A stretch of 64,000 nt of DNA from the human T2T-CHM13v2.0 reference genome, Homo sapiens. Below, piece by piece: positions 42,952 to 56,988 of this stretch (within the stretch, counting starts at the first letter, position 1; every line of letters starts with the position of its first letter). Made by a program: the position numbers and the translations under genes. The notes beneath the pieces were generated by a model. The model ran no database searches and had not been told where the DNA came from. It was given only the letters and a program-made list of their open reading frames with translations. The stretch lies in NCBI RefSeq assembly GCF_009914755.1, contig NC_060927.1; one strand, 5' to 3'.

Positions 42952-44681
42952 TCAGTCCTCATAATAATCATTGATTCCTGCCACTCTGATTAAATCCATA
43001 TCTGACTTCTGAACCCCTTGACTGGTGGCAGGGGGTTCTGGCCAGCCGTTTTGTCCTTGATTGTTGCCTCTATCCTTTTCTCTCTCTGGACATTCATTCC
43101 TCCAGTGTCCCATCTGCTTGCATTTCACACATTGATCTTTCTCAATCCTAGGTCAGCCCCCTTGTTCTGGCTTAGCTTACTGGTTTTGCCTAGCTAGTCC
43201 TCTACCATGACTGTGACCATGACCACGTCCTCTCACAAAACCGGTTTCTCTTCCAACTAAGGCTGCTGCCAGCAAGTCTGCCTTTTCCTTGGCTCTGCAT
43301 CTAGCTTCTCTCTTGGCCTCCTCATCTTGATTTACAAACATCTTAGTAGCCACCTGTATAAGCTTGGTAATATGCCTTCAAAACCTTCTAACTTCTGAAG
43401 CTTTAGCTTTATGTCTTCTTGCACCTGGCTTACAAATGCCGCATTAACCATACACTGATTACCTGCAGCCTCTGTGTCAAATGGCGTGTAAAGCCAGTAA
43501 GACTTGCAGAGTCTCTCATAAAATTCACTGGGACTTTCATTTGGCTCTGGTGGACCTCTGAGACCTTTCTGATATTGGCCTTTTTCCCTGCAGGCTTTAT
43601 TCCATTTAGGAGTGCCTCTTGATACTGCTCCAAACTTTGTAGCCCTTGAGCCTGGTTAGGGTCCCAGTTTGGGTCAGCGTCTATTGGGAGTGCTTATTGT
43701 GCATACTGCCTGATATCTCCTGTGCCTGCAGGTGCATTGTTCTCCAGCCTCTAGAGAGCAGCTTGTATAACTCTACAGTGCTCTTCTGTATTAAATAATG
43801 ACAGAAGAAGTTGTTTGCAATCAGCCCAGGTAGGATTGTGAGTTAGGAAAATGGACTGCATTAGATCTATAAGAGCCTGAGGCTTCTCTGTATAGGAGGG
43901 AGTATGTTGTCTCCAATTTAAGAGATCAGTAGTAGAGAAGGGCTGATAAACGAAGAGCTGTTCTGCCCCTTGGACTTCATTCTGTGCATTCAAATAAATT
44001 TGTTTCTGTGTTTCTCGGAGGGGCACCTGCATTGCTTGGGCATGGCCCGACCTAAGGCAGCCGACCTCATCCCCTTGGAGTTCCTCCCTTGGCTTTTCAG
44101 GCAAGGGCTCTGGCTCCTCTCTGCATGGTGTTGCTTTCTTCTGAGTCTGAGCCTCTGTAGGCAGCTGGGGCAGCCTCCTGTCTAAGCCTTGTCAGGGATG
44201 GATAAATTGGTGCATAGGGGGGTGGACTTTCTAACTCTTCAGGTGGGGCCTGTAAGATGGTTTTTTTCTGCTTTTTCTATGACTCCTTTTCTTTTTCTGA
44301 TGCCTTGCAGTCTCTTTCTGTGGTTCCTGGTTTTGTCCAGGCCATTAGAGTCTTACAGTAGGTCTTAAAGTAGGCTGCAGTGCCCTGCAGCCACTCAGGG
44401 CAGGTCTGAATTACACTTAGCCAGGAGTCGATATGTGGAAACTGATCCAGGTGCCCAGGCTGTTCTCCAAGCCTGGTGACCACCCAAAACACTCGGCCAA
44501 TTATCTCCCTGTCTATTTTCCCCTTGGCTGGCCACCCTACCTTAAGAGATGGCCAGTCTATCTCACAAAGGGTTCTCAGTTTCTGTGGAGTTAGGTTAAC
44601 ATCATAATCACCATTAAAACCTTTTTTAAAGTTTTTCAGCATGCACTCCAGTGGAGTAGGCTTTGATGCTTTTCCTCCCAT
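42952..44681 (-). pseudogene. gag remnant
   Basis: MGGKASKPTPLECMLKNF (MA), VYQPFSTTDLLNW..HNPTWADC (CA), zinc knuckle CVKCKQMGHWRNEC at 43090-43131. TGA at 42952-42954 is in frame with the protease. Confidence 0.92.
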
Positions 44682-45096
44682 TTCCTCCCTCATGGCATGC
44701 TTTCACTCTCAGTTTCACTTTTGGATCCACCAGACTGGGTCCTATTACAGGAGGTTTTGATACTACTTAGCCCGGAGAGTGCCTTAATTCCTGTCACAGC
44801 TAGCTGCAGCTGTGGAACTGGTTCTATGGACTGTATGCAGTGTCCTAGGTCTGGTTTTTCCCATACTCTCCTTGGAGCACACAGTCCATGATAAGAGGTC
44901 TGTGCCTCCCAGCGTCACGCTCTATGTTGGTCTCTCCTGAGACCATCTCTTTCACACACTTTCACACACTTCCTCTGTCCCTGAAACAGTTTTCCTTTCT
45001 GACCAATTCACGAGCCCCACCTGCATCTGGTGTCAGTTAGGGTGTGAGTTTCATCCGAATCAGCACCCTGTCAAAACAGAAAATCTTCTGTCTCCA

Positions 45097-45114
45097 CTCC
45101 CGGATGGGTCCCCA
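45097..45114 (-). promoter_or_regulatory. Primer-binding site, tRNA-Pro-like
   Basis: TGGGGACCCATCCGGGAG lies 4 nt after the LTR end; 14/18 match to the recalled Pro PBS TGGGGGCTCGTCCGGGAT. Confidence 0.65.
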
Positions 45115-45145
45115 GAAATGTTACGGGGCAATCAAAGACTGGAGA

Positions 45146-46984
45146 TGTGTCCAGAATTGGTGGGTTCTTGGTCTCACTGACTTCAAGAATGAAGCCGCGG
45201 ACCTTCATGGTGAGTGTTAACAGTTCTTAAAGGCGGAGTGTTCGGAGTTTGTTCCTTCTGATGTTTGGATGTGTTCGGAGTTTCTTCCTTCTGGTGGATT
45301 CGTGGTCACGCTGGCTAGGAGTGAAGCTGCAGACCTTCACGGTGAGTGTTACAGCTCATAAAGGCAGTGTGGACCCAAAGAGTGAGCAGCAGCAAGATTA
45401 TTGCAAAGAGCCAAAGAACAAAGCTTCCACAGTGTGGAAGGGGACCTGAGCGGGTTGCCACTGCTGGCTTGGGCAGCCTGCTTTTATTCTCTTAACTGGC
45501 CCCACCCACATCCTGCTGATTGGTCCATTTTACAGAGAGCCGAGTGGTCTGTTTTGACCGGGTGCTGATTGGTGCGTTTACAATCCCTGAGCTAGACACA
45601 AAGGTTCTCCACGTCCCCACTAGATTAGCTAGATACAGAGTGTCAACACAAAGGTTCTCCAAGTCCCCATCAGAGTAGCTAGATAGAGTGTCGATTGGTG
45701 CATTCACAAACCCTGAGCTAGACACAGGGTGCTGATTGGTGTGTTTACAAACCTTGAGCTAGATACAGAGTGCTGATTTGTGTATGTACAATCCCTTAGC
45801 TAGACATAAAGATTCTCCAAGTCCCCACCAGAATAGCTAGATACAGAGTGTCGATTGGTACATTCACAAACCCTGAGCTAGACACAGGGTGCTGATTGGT
45901 GTGTTCACAAACCTTGAGCTAGATACAGAGTGCCAATTGGTGTATTTACAATCCCTTAGCTAGACACAAAGGTTCTCCAAGTCCCCACCAGAGGAGCTAG
46001 ATACAGAGCATCAATTGGTGCATTCACAAACCCTGAACTAGACACAGGGTGCAGATTGGTGTGTTTACAAACCTTGAGCTAGATACAGAGTGCTGATTGG
46101 TGTATTTACAATCCCCTAGCCAGACATAAAGGTTCTCCAAGTCCACACCAGAGTAGCTAGATACAGAGTGTCGATTGATGCATTCACAAACCCTGAGCTA
46201 GACACAGGGTGCTGATTGGTGTGTTTACAAACCTTGAGCTAGATACAGAGTGCCAATTGGTGTGTTTACAATCCCTTAGCTAGACATAAAGGTTCTCCAA
46301 GTTCCCACCAGGCTGAGGAGCCCCGCTGTCGTCACCCAGTGGATCCTGCACCAGGGCCGCAGGTGGAGCTGCCTGCCAGTCCCGTGCCATGCGCCCGCAC
46401 TCCTCAGCCCTTGGGTGGTCGATGGGACTGGGCACCATGGAGCAGGGGGTGGTGCTCTTTGGGGAGGCTTGGGCCACACAGGAGCCCACGGAGTGGGGGA
46501 GGCTCAGGCATGGCCAGCTGCAGGTTCTGAGCCCTGCCCCGCTGCAGGTTCTGAGCCCTGCCCCACAGGGAGGCAGCTAAGGCCTGGGGAGAAATCAAGT
46601 GCAATGCCAGTGGGCCAGCACTGCTGGGGGACCCAGTACACCCTCCGCAGCCGCTGGCCCAGGTGCTAAGCCCTTCATTGCCTGGGTCCGGCAGGGCTGG
46701 CCGGCTGCTCTGAGTGCGGGGCCCGCCAAGCCCATGCCCACCCAGAACTCCAGCTGGCCCGCAATTGCCACGCGCAGCCCCAGTTCCCACTTATGCCTCT
46801 CCCTCCACACCTACCTGCAAGCTGAGGGAGACAGCTCCGGCCTTGACCAGCCCAGAAAGGGGCTCCCACAGTGCAGCGGTGGGCTGAAGTGCTCCTCAAG
46901 TGCCACCAAAGTGGGAGCCCAGGCAGAGGAGGCGCCCAGAGCGAGTGAGGGCTGCAAGGGCTGCCAGCACGCTGTCACCACTCA
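45146..46984 (-). mobile_element. Solo LTR12C (ERV9 LTR), 1839 bp
   Basis: Termini tgtgtccagaattggtggg...gctgtcaccactca, GC-rich 5' part, CCAAT/GATA repeat array. TSD gaga at 45142-45145 and 46985-46988. Confidence 0.93.
45560..46310 (-). promoter_or_regulatory. LTR12 U3 enhancer array: 160-bp higher-order unit x4, with about a dozen CCAAT (NF-Y) boxes and GATA motifs
   Basis: The cgattggtgcattcacaaaccctgagctagacacaggg unit recurs at about 45692, 45852, 46012 and 46172. Minus-strand AATAAAA TATA-like box near 45482-45488. Confidence 0.85.
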
Positions 46985-49900
46985 GAGAGACCAAAAAAGG
47001 TGGAGGAAAGTTTATTAAGGTGCTCACCGGCTCAGCCGGACATATGTCCAGAAAGTCTGAGCCCTGAAGAAAGGGCTTTTCCTACTTTTAAACATCTTAA
47101 GGTGGGAACTATGTGAGGCAGGAAGTGAGTTACAGATGCAAGAAACAAAGGCAGCATTACAACATTTCTTACATCTTGAGAGAAACATGTCTTGCAACCT
47201 AAACTTATTGGTCTTGTGACACTGCAGCCATGCAGGAACTCACTGGGCCTGTAATAAACTTTCAGGAATGTGGAGTTGTGGAGTATAGATAAGGTTCACT
47301 GTCCACAGCGAGAAGACAGGCTGTTAATATTCCTTTTTAACTTGAGTTTAAGGGAGGGTCACAATTTGCAGCAACTTTAAGAGGATTTTAAAATTTCTAT
47401 TACTGCTACTATTAAGTTATAGTTGATTTTATTAATTCCTTCTTCAAACCCAAAAATAATTCAAGAGCGTATTATTTAATTTCCATGATTTGTATAGTTT
47501 TGAAGGTTCCTTTTGGAGTTGATTTCCAGTTTTATTGCATTGTGGTCTGAGAAGATACTTGATATGATTTTGATTTTCTTAGATTAATTGAGGCTTATTT
47601 TGTGGCCTGTCATGGTCTATCTTGGAGAATGTTCCCCACGCTGATGAGAAGAATGTATTATGCAGTTGTTGGGAAGAATGTTCTGTTAATATCTGTTAAG
47701 CCCATTTGTTCTAGGGTATAGTTTAAGTCTATTGTTTCTTTGTTGACTCTCTGTCTTGATGATCTGTCTAGTGCTGTCAGTGGAGTATTGAAGTGCCCCA
47801 CTATTATTGTGTTGCTGTCTATTTTATTTCTTAGGTCTAGTACTAATTGTTTAATATATTTGGGAGCTCCAGTGTTAGGTGGATATAAATTTAGAATTGT
47901 AATATCTTCCTTTTAGACTAATCCTTTTATCATTATATAATGTCCTTCTTTGTCTTTTTTTTAACTGTTATTGTTTTAAAGTCTGTTTTGTCTGATATAA
48001 GAATAGCTAGTTCTGCTCATTTTTGGTTTCCATTGGCATGGAACATGTTTCCAGCTCTTTACCTTAAGTTTATGTGAGTCCTTATCTGTTAGATGAGTCT
48101 CTTGAAGACAACAGATATTGGGTTGGTGGTGTTTTATTCATTCTGCCATTCTGTATCTTTTAAGTGGAGTTTTTAGGCCATTTACATTCAATATTAGTAT
48201 TGAGATGTGAGGTATTGTTCTATTCATCATGTTAGTTGCCTAAATACTTTGTTTTTTTTTAAATTGTGTTATTGTTTTATAGGCCCTGTGAGATTTATGC
48301 TTTAAGGGGTTTCTATTTTGGTGAATATTGAGGTTTTGTTTCAAGATTTAGAACTTTAGAATTTCTTGTAGTGCTGGTGTGGTAGTGGCAAATTCTCTCA
48401 GCATTTGTATGTCTGAAAAAGACTTTATCTCTCCTTCATTCATGAAGCTTAATTTTGCTGGATACCAAATTCCTGGCTGACAATTATTTTGTTTAAGGAG
48501 GTGGAAGATGGGACCACAATCCCTTCTGGCTTGAATCCCTTCTGGCTTGTAAGGTTTCTGCTGACAAATCTGCTGTTAACCTTATAGGTTTTTCTTTATA
48601 GGTTATCTGATGCTTTTGTCTCACAGCTCTTAAGATTCTTTTCTCCATCTTGACTTCAGTAGTAATTGTTGTAGTCACATTGTTTAGCCTGATGATTGTG
48701 TGCCTTGCTGATAATTTTTTTGTGATGAATTTCCCATAAGTTATTTGAGCTTCTTGTATTTGGATGTCTAGATCCCTATCAAGGCCAGCAAAGTTTTCCT
48801 CAATAATTCCTTCAGATATGTTTCCCAAAATTTAGATTTTTCTTCTTCCTCAGGACACCAGTTAATTTTAGGTTTGGCTGTTTAACATAATCTCATATTT
48901 CTTGGAGACTTTATTTTTTTAATTCTTTTTTTTTCATTTTCTGATTGGGTTAATTTGAATGCCTTGTCTCTGACCTCTGAAATTCTTTCTTCTACTTGTT
49001 CTAGTCTATTGTTGAAACTCTCCAGTGCATTTTATATTTCCCTAAGTGTGTATTTTATTTCCAGAAGTTGTAGTTCTTTTTCTTTATGCTATCTCTCTGG
49101 AAAATTTTTTATCCATATCCTGTATTTTTAAAAAATTTCTTTGTGTTGTTTTTTACCTTCCTCTGGTATTTCCTTGGGTAAACTATTTCTTCAAATTGTT
49201 CTTGAATTTAGTTTTGATTGGATTGTGGTGTTTTTTAAATTTCTTTCTGCTCTTAAGGATCAAACTTTAATGTTTGTAGTTTATTTTAGCTGAATTTGGT
49301 TCTTGGTGCTTTTACGGGTGAAGACTCTGTATGAGTTACTTAGTTATAGTCTTTGTCTGCTGGTTTTCCCAGATGCTGGTTGTAGTAGTTATATACTTGG
49401 TATATGGGCAAGTTTACTGTCTCCTAGGGGGTTAGAATGGCAGGGATCTCTTGAAGCTTATCTTGTTCTCTCATAGTGTATACTTTTTTTACTTATTTAA
49501 TTTTTCCCTAGTATTTTATTTACTGAATTGGTGATTCAACCTTCAGGCCAATAGGGGTGGTATTCCTGGCTAGGCACTGGTTGTAGCTAAGGCAGGTTGA
49601 GGAGACATACTACCAATGGTGGGCAGAGGCCCAGTATTTATTAAGTTGGCTGGGGGAGCTCTCAATTAGGTGTGGAGAGGCTTTATCAGGGCAAAGAGTG
49701 GGAGCTACCTCAGCTCCCCTGCCAGACTAGCAGGAAAGCTATCAGCCTCACAGCCTTACTCTTGTCCAAGTGTTCTGGCTGTTCAAATCAGACAGGCTGT
49801 ATGGGTCTATTTCAAGATTCTTTATTTTTTTCTATTTTTATGTGTCTGTCCCTCTGCCAATACCACACTTTTAAAATTATTGTAACCATACAGTAAGCTT

Positions 49901-50342
49901 TAAAATTGGATATACTGATTCTTCCAACTTTATTCTTTTTCAAAATTGTCTTAGTTACTCTAGTTCCTATGGCTTTCTACCTAAATTTTAGAATAAGTTT
50001 TTTTACTTTTCAAAAAAAAATCTTGCGATAATTTGATAGGAATTACATTAAATCTGTATATTACTTTGGGGAGAATTTATATCATTGCTTATGTTGAGTC
50101 TTCCAATTCATGAACATAGTATGTCTCTACATTTACTTAGATCTTCTTTGATTTCTTTCATCATTTTTTTTTGGCATACAAATCATGTACATGTCATGTT
50201 AGATCTATACCTATGTATTTTTTTGATTGTGAGTGGTATTTTTAAATTTTGTTTGGCACATGTTCATTGCTGATATATAGAAATACAATTAATTTTTGTT
50301 GACTTTGTGTCCTGCAACTTTGCTGAACTCACTAGTAAGTTT

Positions 50343-50540
50343 CAGGCAGAGGCAGCTTTATCTGCTTGGGACCCATTCCATTGGACCAAGGTCTGTACTA
50401 ATAAGGGCCAATGCTTGGTTAAATACTCTGCTCTGACCATCTTGAAATTCTTGGTAATTTTATCTCTGAATCCATGTTTTTTAAATGAAGTTTCATAGGA
50501 GAATGGAGTACATGTGTAAGCAGGAGGGACATGACAGTGT
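50343..50540. mobile_element. MER45-family hAT DNA transposon fragment
   Basis: cttggttaaatactctgctctgaccatcttgaaattcttggtaatttt resembles the recalled MER45 sequence. Confidence 0.6.
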
Positions 50541-50782
50541 GTGTGTATATATACATTTGTAATCCTGTTTTTGAGGTTTATTGTAATTGGGTTTTGAATT
50601 TTGTCAAATACTATTTCTGCATCAACTGATGATTTTTCTGTTTCAGCTTGTTATTTAGTGAACAACATTGATTGATTTTTGAATATTGAGCTAGCCATAA
50701 ATTTCTGGAATAAGCCTCTCTTGTTTTTAAATGTATGGCTGAATTCTATTTAGTAATCTTTTGTTAAGAACTTTTACATTTG

Positions 50783-51105
<323 letters not shown>

Positions 51106-51248
51106 CTATTCATCAGGGATATTAGTCTGTAGTTTTCTTTATTTTACTGAATTTATCTGGTTTGTTCTCAGGTAGTCTTTATTTATAAATTTGAACGTTT
51201 TCCCTCTTGTATTTTCTGGAAGAGATTGTTAAAATTGGTATCAATTGT

Positions 51249-51548
<300 letters not shown>

Positions 51549-52058
51549 TCAATTATTCTTTAAGTGTTTGGTAAAATTCTCTAGCCAAATCATGAGTGTG
51601 TGGAAATTTCTTTTTTGGAAATTTGGAAATTATAAATTCAATTTTCTTAGTAGCTACAGGGATATTCAGCCTATTTCAGTTGGGGTTATTGTGCTAGTTT
51701 ACAGTTTCTGAGGAATTTTTTCATTTCATCTAAGTTGTTAAATGTATTTGTGTGGAGTTGTTATCATTTTCAAAGCTGCATGGTCTGTAGCAATACTCAT
51801 TGTTTCATTCCTGATGTTTGCACTGTTTTTTCTTTTTTTCTCCTAAAAAAATCTCCTACTAGAGATTTTTCTATTTTATGTAACTTTTCAAGGAAACTGC
51901 TTTGTCATTCATTGATTATCTCTATTCTTTTTGTTTTCAATTTTGTTGATTTTTGCTCTTTACTATTTTTTTTTACTCTGCTCAGTTTGTGTTTATTTTG
52001 GTTTTCTTTTTCTAGGTTGTTGAGACAGGAGGTAAGTTACTGGTTTGAGACTTTTCTT

Positions 52059-54046
52059 ATTATTATTGTAATTTTATTTTATTTTAAGTTCTGTGATACA
52101 TGTGTAAGACATGGAAGTTTGTTACATAGGTAAACTTGTGCCATGTTGGCTTGCTGCACCTATCAACCTATCACCTAGGTATTGAGCCCTGCATGCATTA
52201 GCTATTTATCCTGATGCTCTCCCTCCCCGCCTACCCTCAACAGGCCCCAGTGTGTGTTGTTCCCCTCCTTCTTCCACGTGTTTTCATTGTTCAGCTCCCA
52301 CTTATAAGTGAGAACATGTGGTGTTTGGTTTTCTGTTCCTGTGATACATGGCTGATGATAATGGCTTCGAGCTCCATCCATGTCCCTGCAAAGGACGTGA
52401 TCTCATTCCTTTTTATGGTTGCATAGTATTCCATGGTGTATATGTAACATATTTTCTTTATTCAGTCTATCATTGATGGGCATTTGGGTTGATTCCATGT
52501 CTTTACTCTTATGAATAGTGCTGCAATAAACATATTCATACATGTATCTTTATAATAAAATGATTTACATTCCTTTGGATATATACCCAGTAATGAGATT
52601 GCTGGGTCAAATGGTATTTCTGGTCCTAGATCTTTGAGGAATCACCATACTGTCTTCCACTCTTTAAAATGGTTGAACTAATTTACATTCCCACCAGCAG
52701 AGTAAAAGCATTCCTATTTCTCCACAGTCTCGCCAGCATCTGTTGTTTCTTGACTTTTTAATGGTCATCATTCTGACTGGCATGAGATAGTATCTCATTC
52801 TAATTTTAATTTGCATTTCTCTAATGATCAATGATGTTGACTTTTTTTTTCATGTGTTTGTCAACCGCATGTATGTCTTTTTTTGAGAAGTGTCTATTCA
52901 TGTTCTTTGCCCACTGTTTGATGGGGTTGATGGTTTTTTTCTTGGAAATTTGTTTACATTCCTTATAGATTCTGGATATTAGACCTTTGTCAGATGGATA
53001 AATTGCAAAAATTTTCTCCCATTCTGTAGGTTTTCTGTTCATGCTGATGATAGTTTCTTTTGCTGTGCAGAAGCTCTTTAGTTTAATTACATCCCGTTTG
53101 CCAATTTTTGTTTTTGTTGCAGTTGCAGTTGACGTTTTTGTCATGAAATCTTTGCCTGGGCCTATGTCCTGAGTGGTATTGCCTGGATTTTCTCTAGGAT
53201 TTTAATAGTTTTTGGTTTTACAAATAGAAAGAGAGGAAGTCAACCTGTCTCTGTTTGAAGATAACATGATCCTATATCTAGAAAACCCTATAGCCTCAGC
53301 CTAAAGCTTCTTAAACTGATAAGCAACTTCAGCAAAGTCTCAGGAGAAGGTTACAAAATAAATGTGCAAAAATCACAGGGATTCATATACACCAACAATA
53401 GACAAACAGAGAGCCAAATCATGAATGAACTCCCATTCACAATTGCTACAAAGAGAATAAAATATCTAGGAATATAGCTAACAAGGGAAGTCAAGGAGCA
53501 CTTCAAGAACTACAAACCACTGCTCAAGGAAATCAGAGAGGACACAAACAAATGTAAAAACATTCCATGCTTGTGGATAGGAAGGATCAATATTATGAAA
53601 ATGGCCATATTGCCTAAAGCAATTTATAGATTCAATGCTATTCCCATTAAACTATTATTGACATTCTTCACATAATTAGAAACAAATTCTTTAAAAATCA
53701 TATAGAACCAAAAAAGGGCCCACATAGCCAAGACAATCCTAAGCAAAAAGAACAAAGCTGGAGGCACCACACTGACTTCAAACTATACCACAAGGCTACA
53801 GTAACCAAAACAACATGGTACTGGTACCAAAACAGACACATAGACCAATAGAACAGAATAAAGATCTCAGAAATAAGACCACACATCTACATCTGATCTT
53901 AGACAAACCTAACAAAAGCAATGGGGAAATAATTCCCTATTTAATAAATGTTGCTGGGAAAACTGGCTAGACACATACAGAAAATTAAAACTGGACCCCT
54001 TCCTTATACCTTATAGAAAAATTAACCCAAGATGGATTAAAGACTT
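52059..54046 (-). mobile_element. 5'-inverted (twin-primed) L1PA8A/10-like element: minus part 52059-53222, inverted plus part 53221-54046
   Basis: The two parts meet at adjacent L1 positions (gatggattaaagactt|aaa|tgtaaaacc). TSD agactttt(tt)ctt at 52048-52058 and 54041-54053. Confidence 0.88.
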
Positions 54047-54189
54047 TTTTCTTTTTAAATGTATTTAGCACTACACATTTCCCTCTTGGCAGTCTTTTAG
54101 CTATATCTGACAAATGTTTATATTTCCAATTTTATTCAGTTCATTGTATTTTTAAAAATTTTATTGTGACTTCTTAGACACAAAGATTA

Positions 54190-54814
54190 CAATAAGGCAT
54201 GATATTATCATGTTTTGGTCAATGATGGACTACATATAAAAGAGGATAATGAAGCTGAAAAATTTCTATTGCCTCATGCGTTCATAGCCATTGTAACATT
54301 ATAGCACAATGCATTGCCCTTTTCTATATTTAAATATTTAGATACACAAATGTTTACCATTATGTAACAATTGCCTACAGTATTCACTACAGTAACATAC
54401 GGTACAGGTTTGTAGCCTAGGAGCAATAGGCTATACAAGTTGTGCATTCCTTATCCAAAATGTTTGAGACCAGAAGTGTTTTGGATTTTAGATTTTTCTG
54501 AATATTGGAATGTTGAGATTATTCCTACCAGGTGAGCATCCCAAACCTGAAAATTCAAAATCCTAAATGTTCCAATGAGCATTTCCTTTGAGTGTCATGT
54601 TAATGCTTAAAAAGTTTTGGATTTTTAAGCACTCTGGATTTTGGGTTTTGGGATACTCAACCTGTACCATGTAATCTATCTGTATAAAAAGGTGTACTAT
54701 CTAGGTTAGTGTAAGTACTTACACTCTATATAAGAGCGATGTTTGCACTATGATAAAATCACCTAATGATGCATTTCTCAGAACTTATGCCCATTGTTAA
54801 GTGATGCATGACTG
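54190..54814. mobile_element. Tigger3 (Golem/MER7-type) DNA transposon
   Basis: gtacaggtttgtagcctaggagcaataggctata and gcatttctcagaac...gttaagtgatgcatgactg terminus. Confidence 0.82.
54436..54664. mobile_element. Tigger4a/MER46 (Zombi) nested in Tigger3
   Basis: TIR-like ends caagttgtgcattcc...gggatactcaacctg; TA duplication at 54434-54435 and 54665-54666. Confidence 0.85.
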
Positions 54815-55874
54815 TGTTTGGAAGTGTTTTTCTTATTTCCAAGTACTTGGAGATTTTATTGTATCTTTCTTTTACTGATTTCTAGTTTGATTCCATTGTA
54901 CTCAGAGAAAATATTTTATATAACTTGAGTTATTTTAAAATTGTTGAGGTTTGTTTTTCAACCCCAGGATGTAGCTCATCTTTGTGTATGTTCTGTGTAT
55001 GCTAGAAAAATAATGTCTATTTTGCTGTTGTTGACAGATTATTCTGTAAAAGTTGATTAGATTCTATAGGGTTATGATTTTCTTGCATTCTATATCCTTA
55101 CTGATTTTCTCTTTAGTTGTTCTAATAATTGCTGAGAGAGAGGTATTGAAGTCTCCTACAAGAATCATGGATTTCTTTTTCCTCCTTTCAGTTCTGTCAT
55201 GTTTTATTTAATGTATTTTGCAGCCTGTTTGGTGCATTCACATTTAGGGTTGCTATATCTTCTTGGTAGAGTGACCATTTTATTATTATTTGGTGTCCCT
55301 CTCTATCTCATAATTTCCTTTACTGTGAAATTTTCATTATCTAACATAATATAGTGTCTTCTTTCTAGTGATTCATGTTTGCACGATATATCTTTGTCTA
55401 TTCTTATACTTTAAAGTTAGCTATGTTAATATATTCAAAGTGTATTTCTTATAGACAAGCGTATAGTTGGGTCATGGTTTTTAATTCATTCTGTCAGTCT
55501 ATATATTTTAATTAATGTTTACATTAGATATAATTATTGATATATTAGGGCTTAGGTTCTCCATTTTATTTTTTGTTTTTTGGTTGTTCTATTTGTTATT
55601 GCTCTGCTTTTTTCCCCTTGCCTTTCTGTGGTTTAATTGAACACTTTTTAGAATTCCATTTTGACTTATTATTAGTTAATTTTAGTGTATTTCTTTGTAT
55701 CACTTTTTAAAGAGGTTGCTATAGGTATTTTATTATATACAAACAACTTACTGGAATCTACTGCTGCTACAAATTACCAGTTTGAATGAAATGCAGAGAC
55801 TTTTCCTTTCTTTACTTCCCTTTACTTCTCTCATTTATAATAAATTTTATTGTTTTTCCCTATATATATTATGA

Positions 55875-56988
<1,114 letters not shown>

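Larger units (their letters stand above)
37921..47446 (-). mobile_element. Decayed class I gammaretrovirus-like provirus (HERV-ERI group: HERV1/ERV3/HERV15-like)
   Basis: Two homologous LTRs with TG...CA termini, 4-bp TSD aacc (37917-37920 and 47447-47450), PBS, PPT, and gag-pro-pol-env order. Confidence 0.95.
45119..47446 (-). repeat. 5' LTR of the provirus, split by LTR12C (pieces 45119-45145 and 46985-47446)
   Basis: Colinear with the 3' LTR once the insert is removed; about 8% divergence by manual count. Confidence 0.92.
37770..49795 (-). mobile_element. L1PB/L1MA-like 5' portion (5'UTR, ORF1, EN), split by the provirus into 37770-37920 and 47447-49795
   Basis: ORF2 peptide [11 protein letters not shown] (ORF 37614-37877) and ORF1 peptide (48493-48828). 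The sequence gatttcattgttaacc|caaaaataattc is contiguous across the provirus. Confidence 0.8.

Noticed and set aside
45560-46310. CRISPR-like array of repeated 40-bp units
   Set aside because: There are no unique spacers and no cas genes; this is the known LTR12 U3 tandem array.
46516-46564. Small tandem duplications (24 bp here; also 16 bp near 48518-48549 and 18 bp near 6828-6863)
   Set aside because: Ordinary slippage duplications inside repeats with no sign of function.
46276-47018. Cluster of overlapping ORFs in a GC-rich island
   Set aside because: Stop-poor GC-rich part of LTR12C, not a host gene or host CpG-island promoter.
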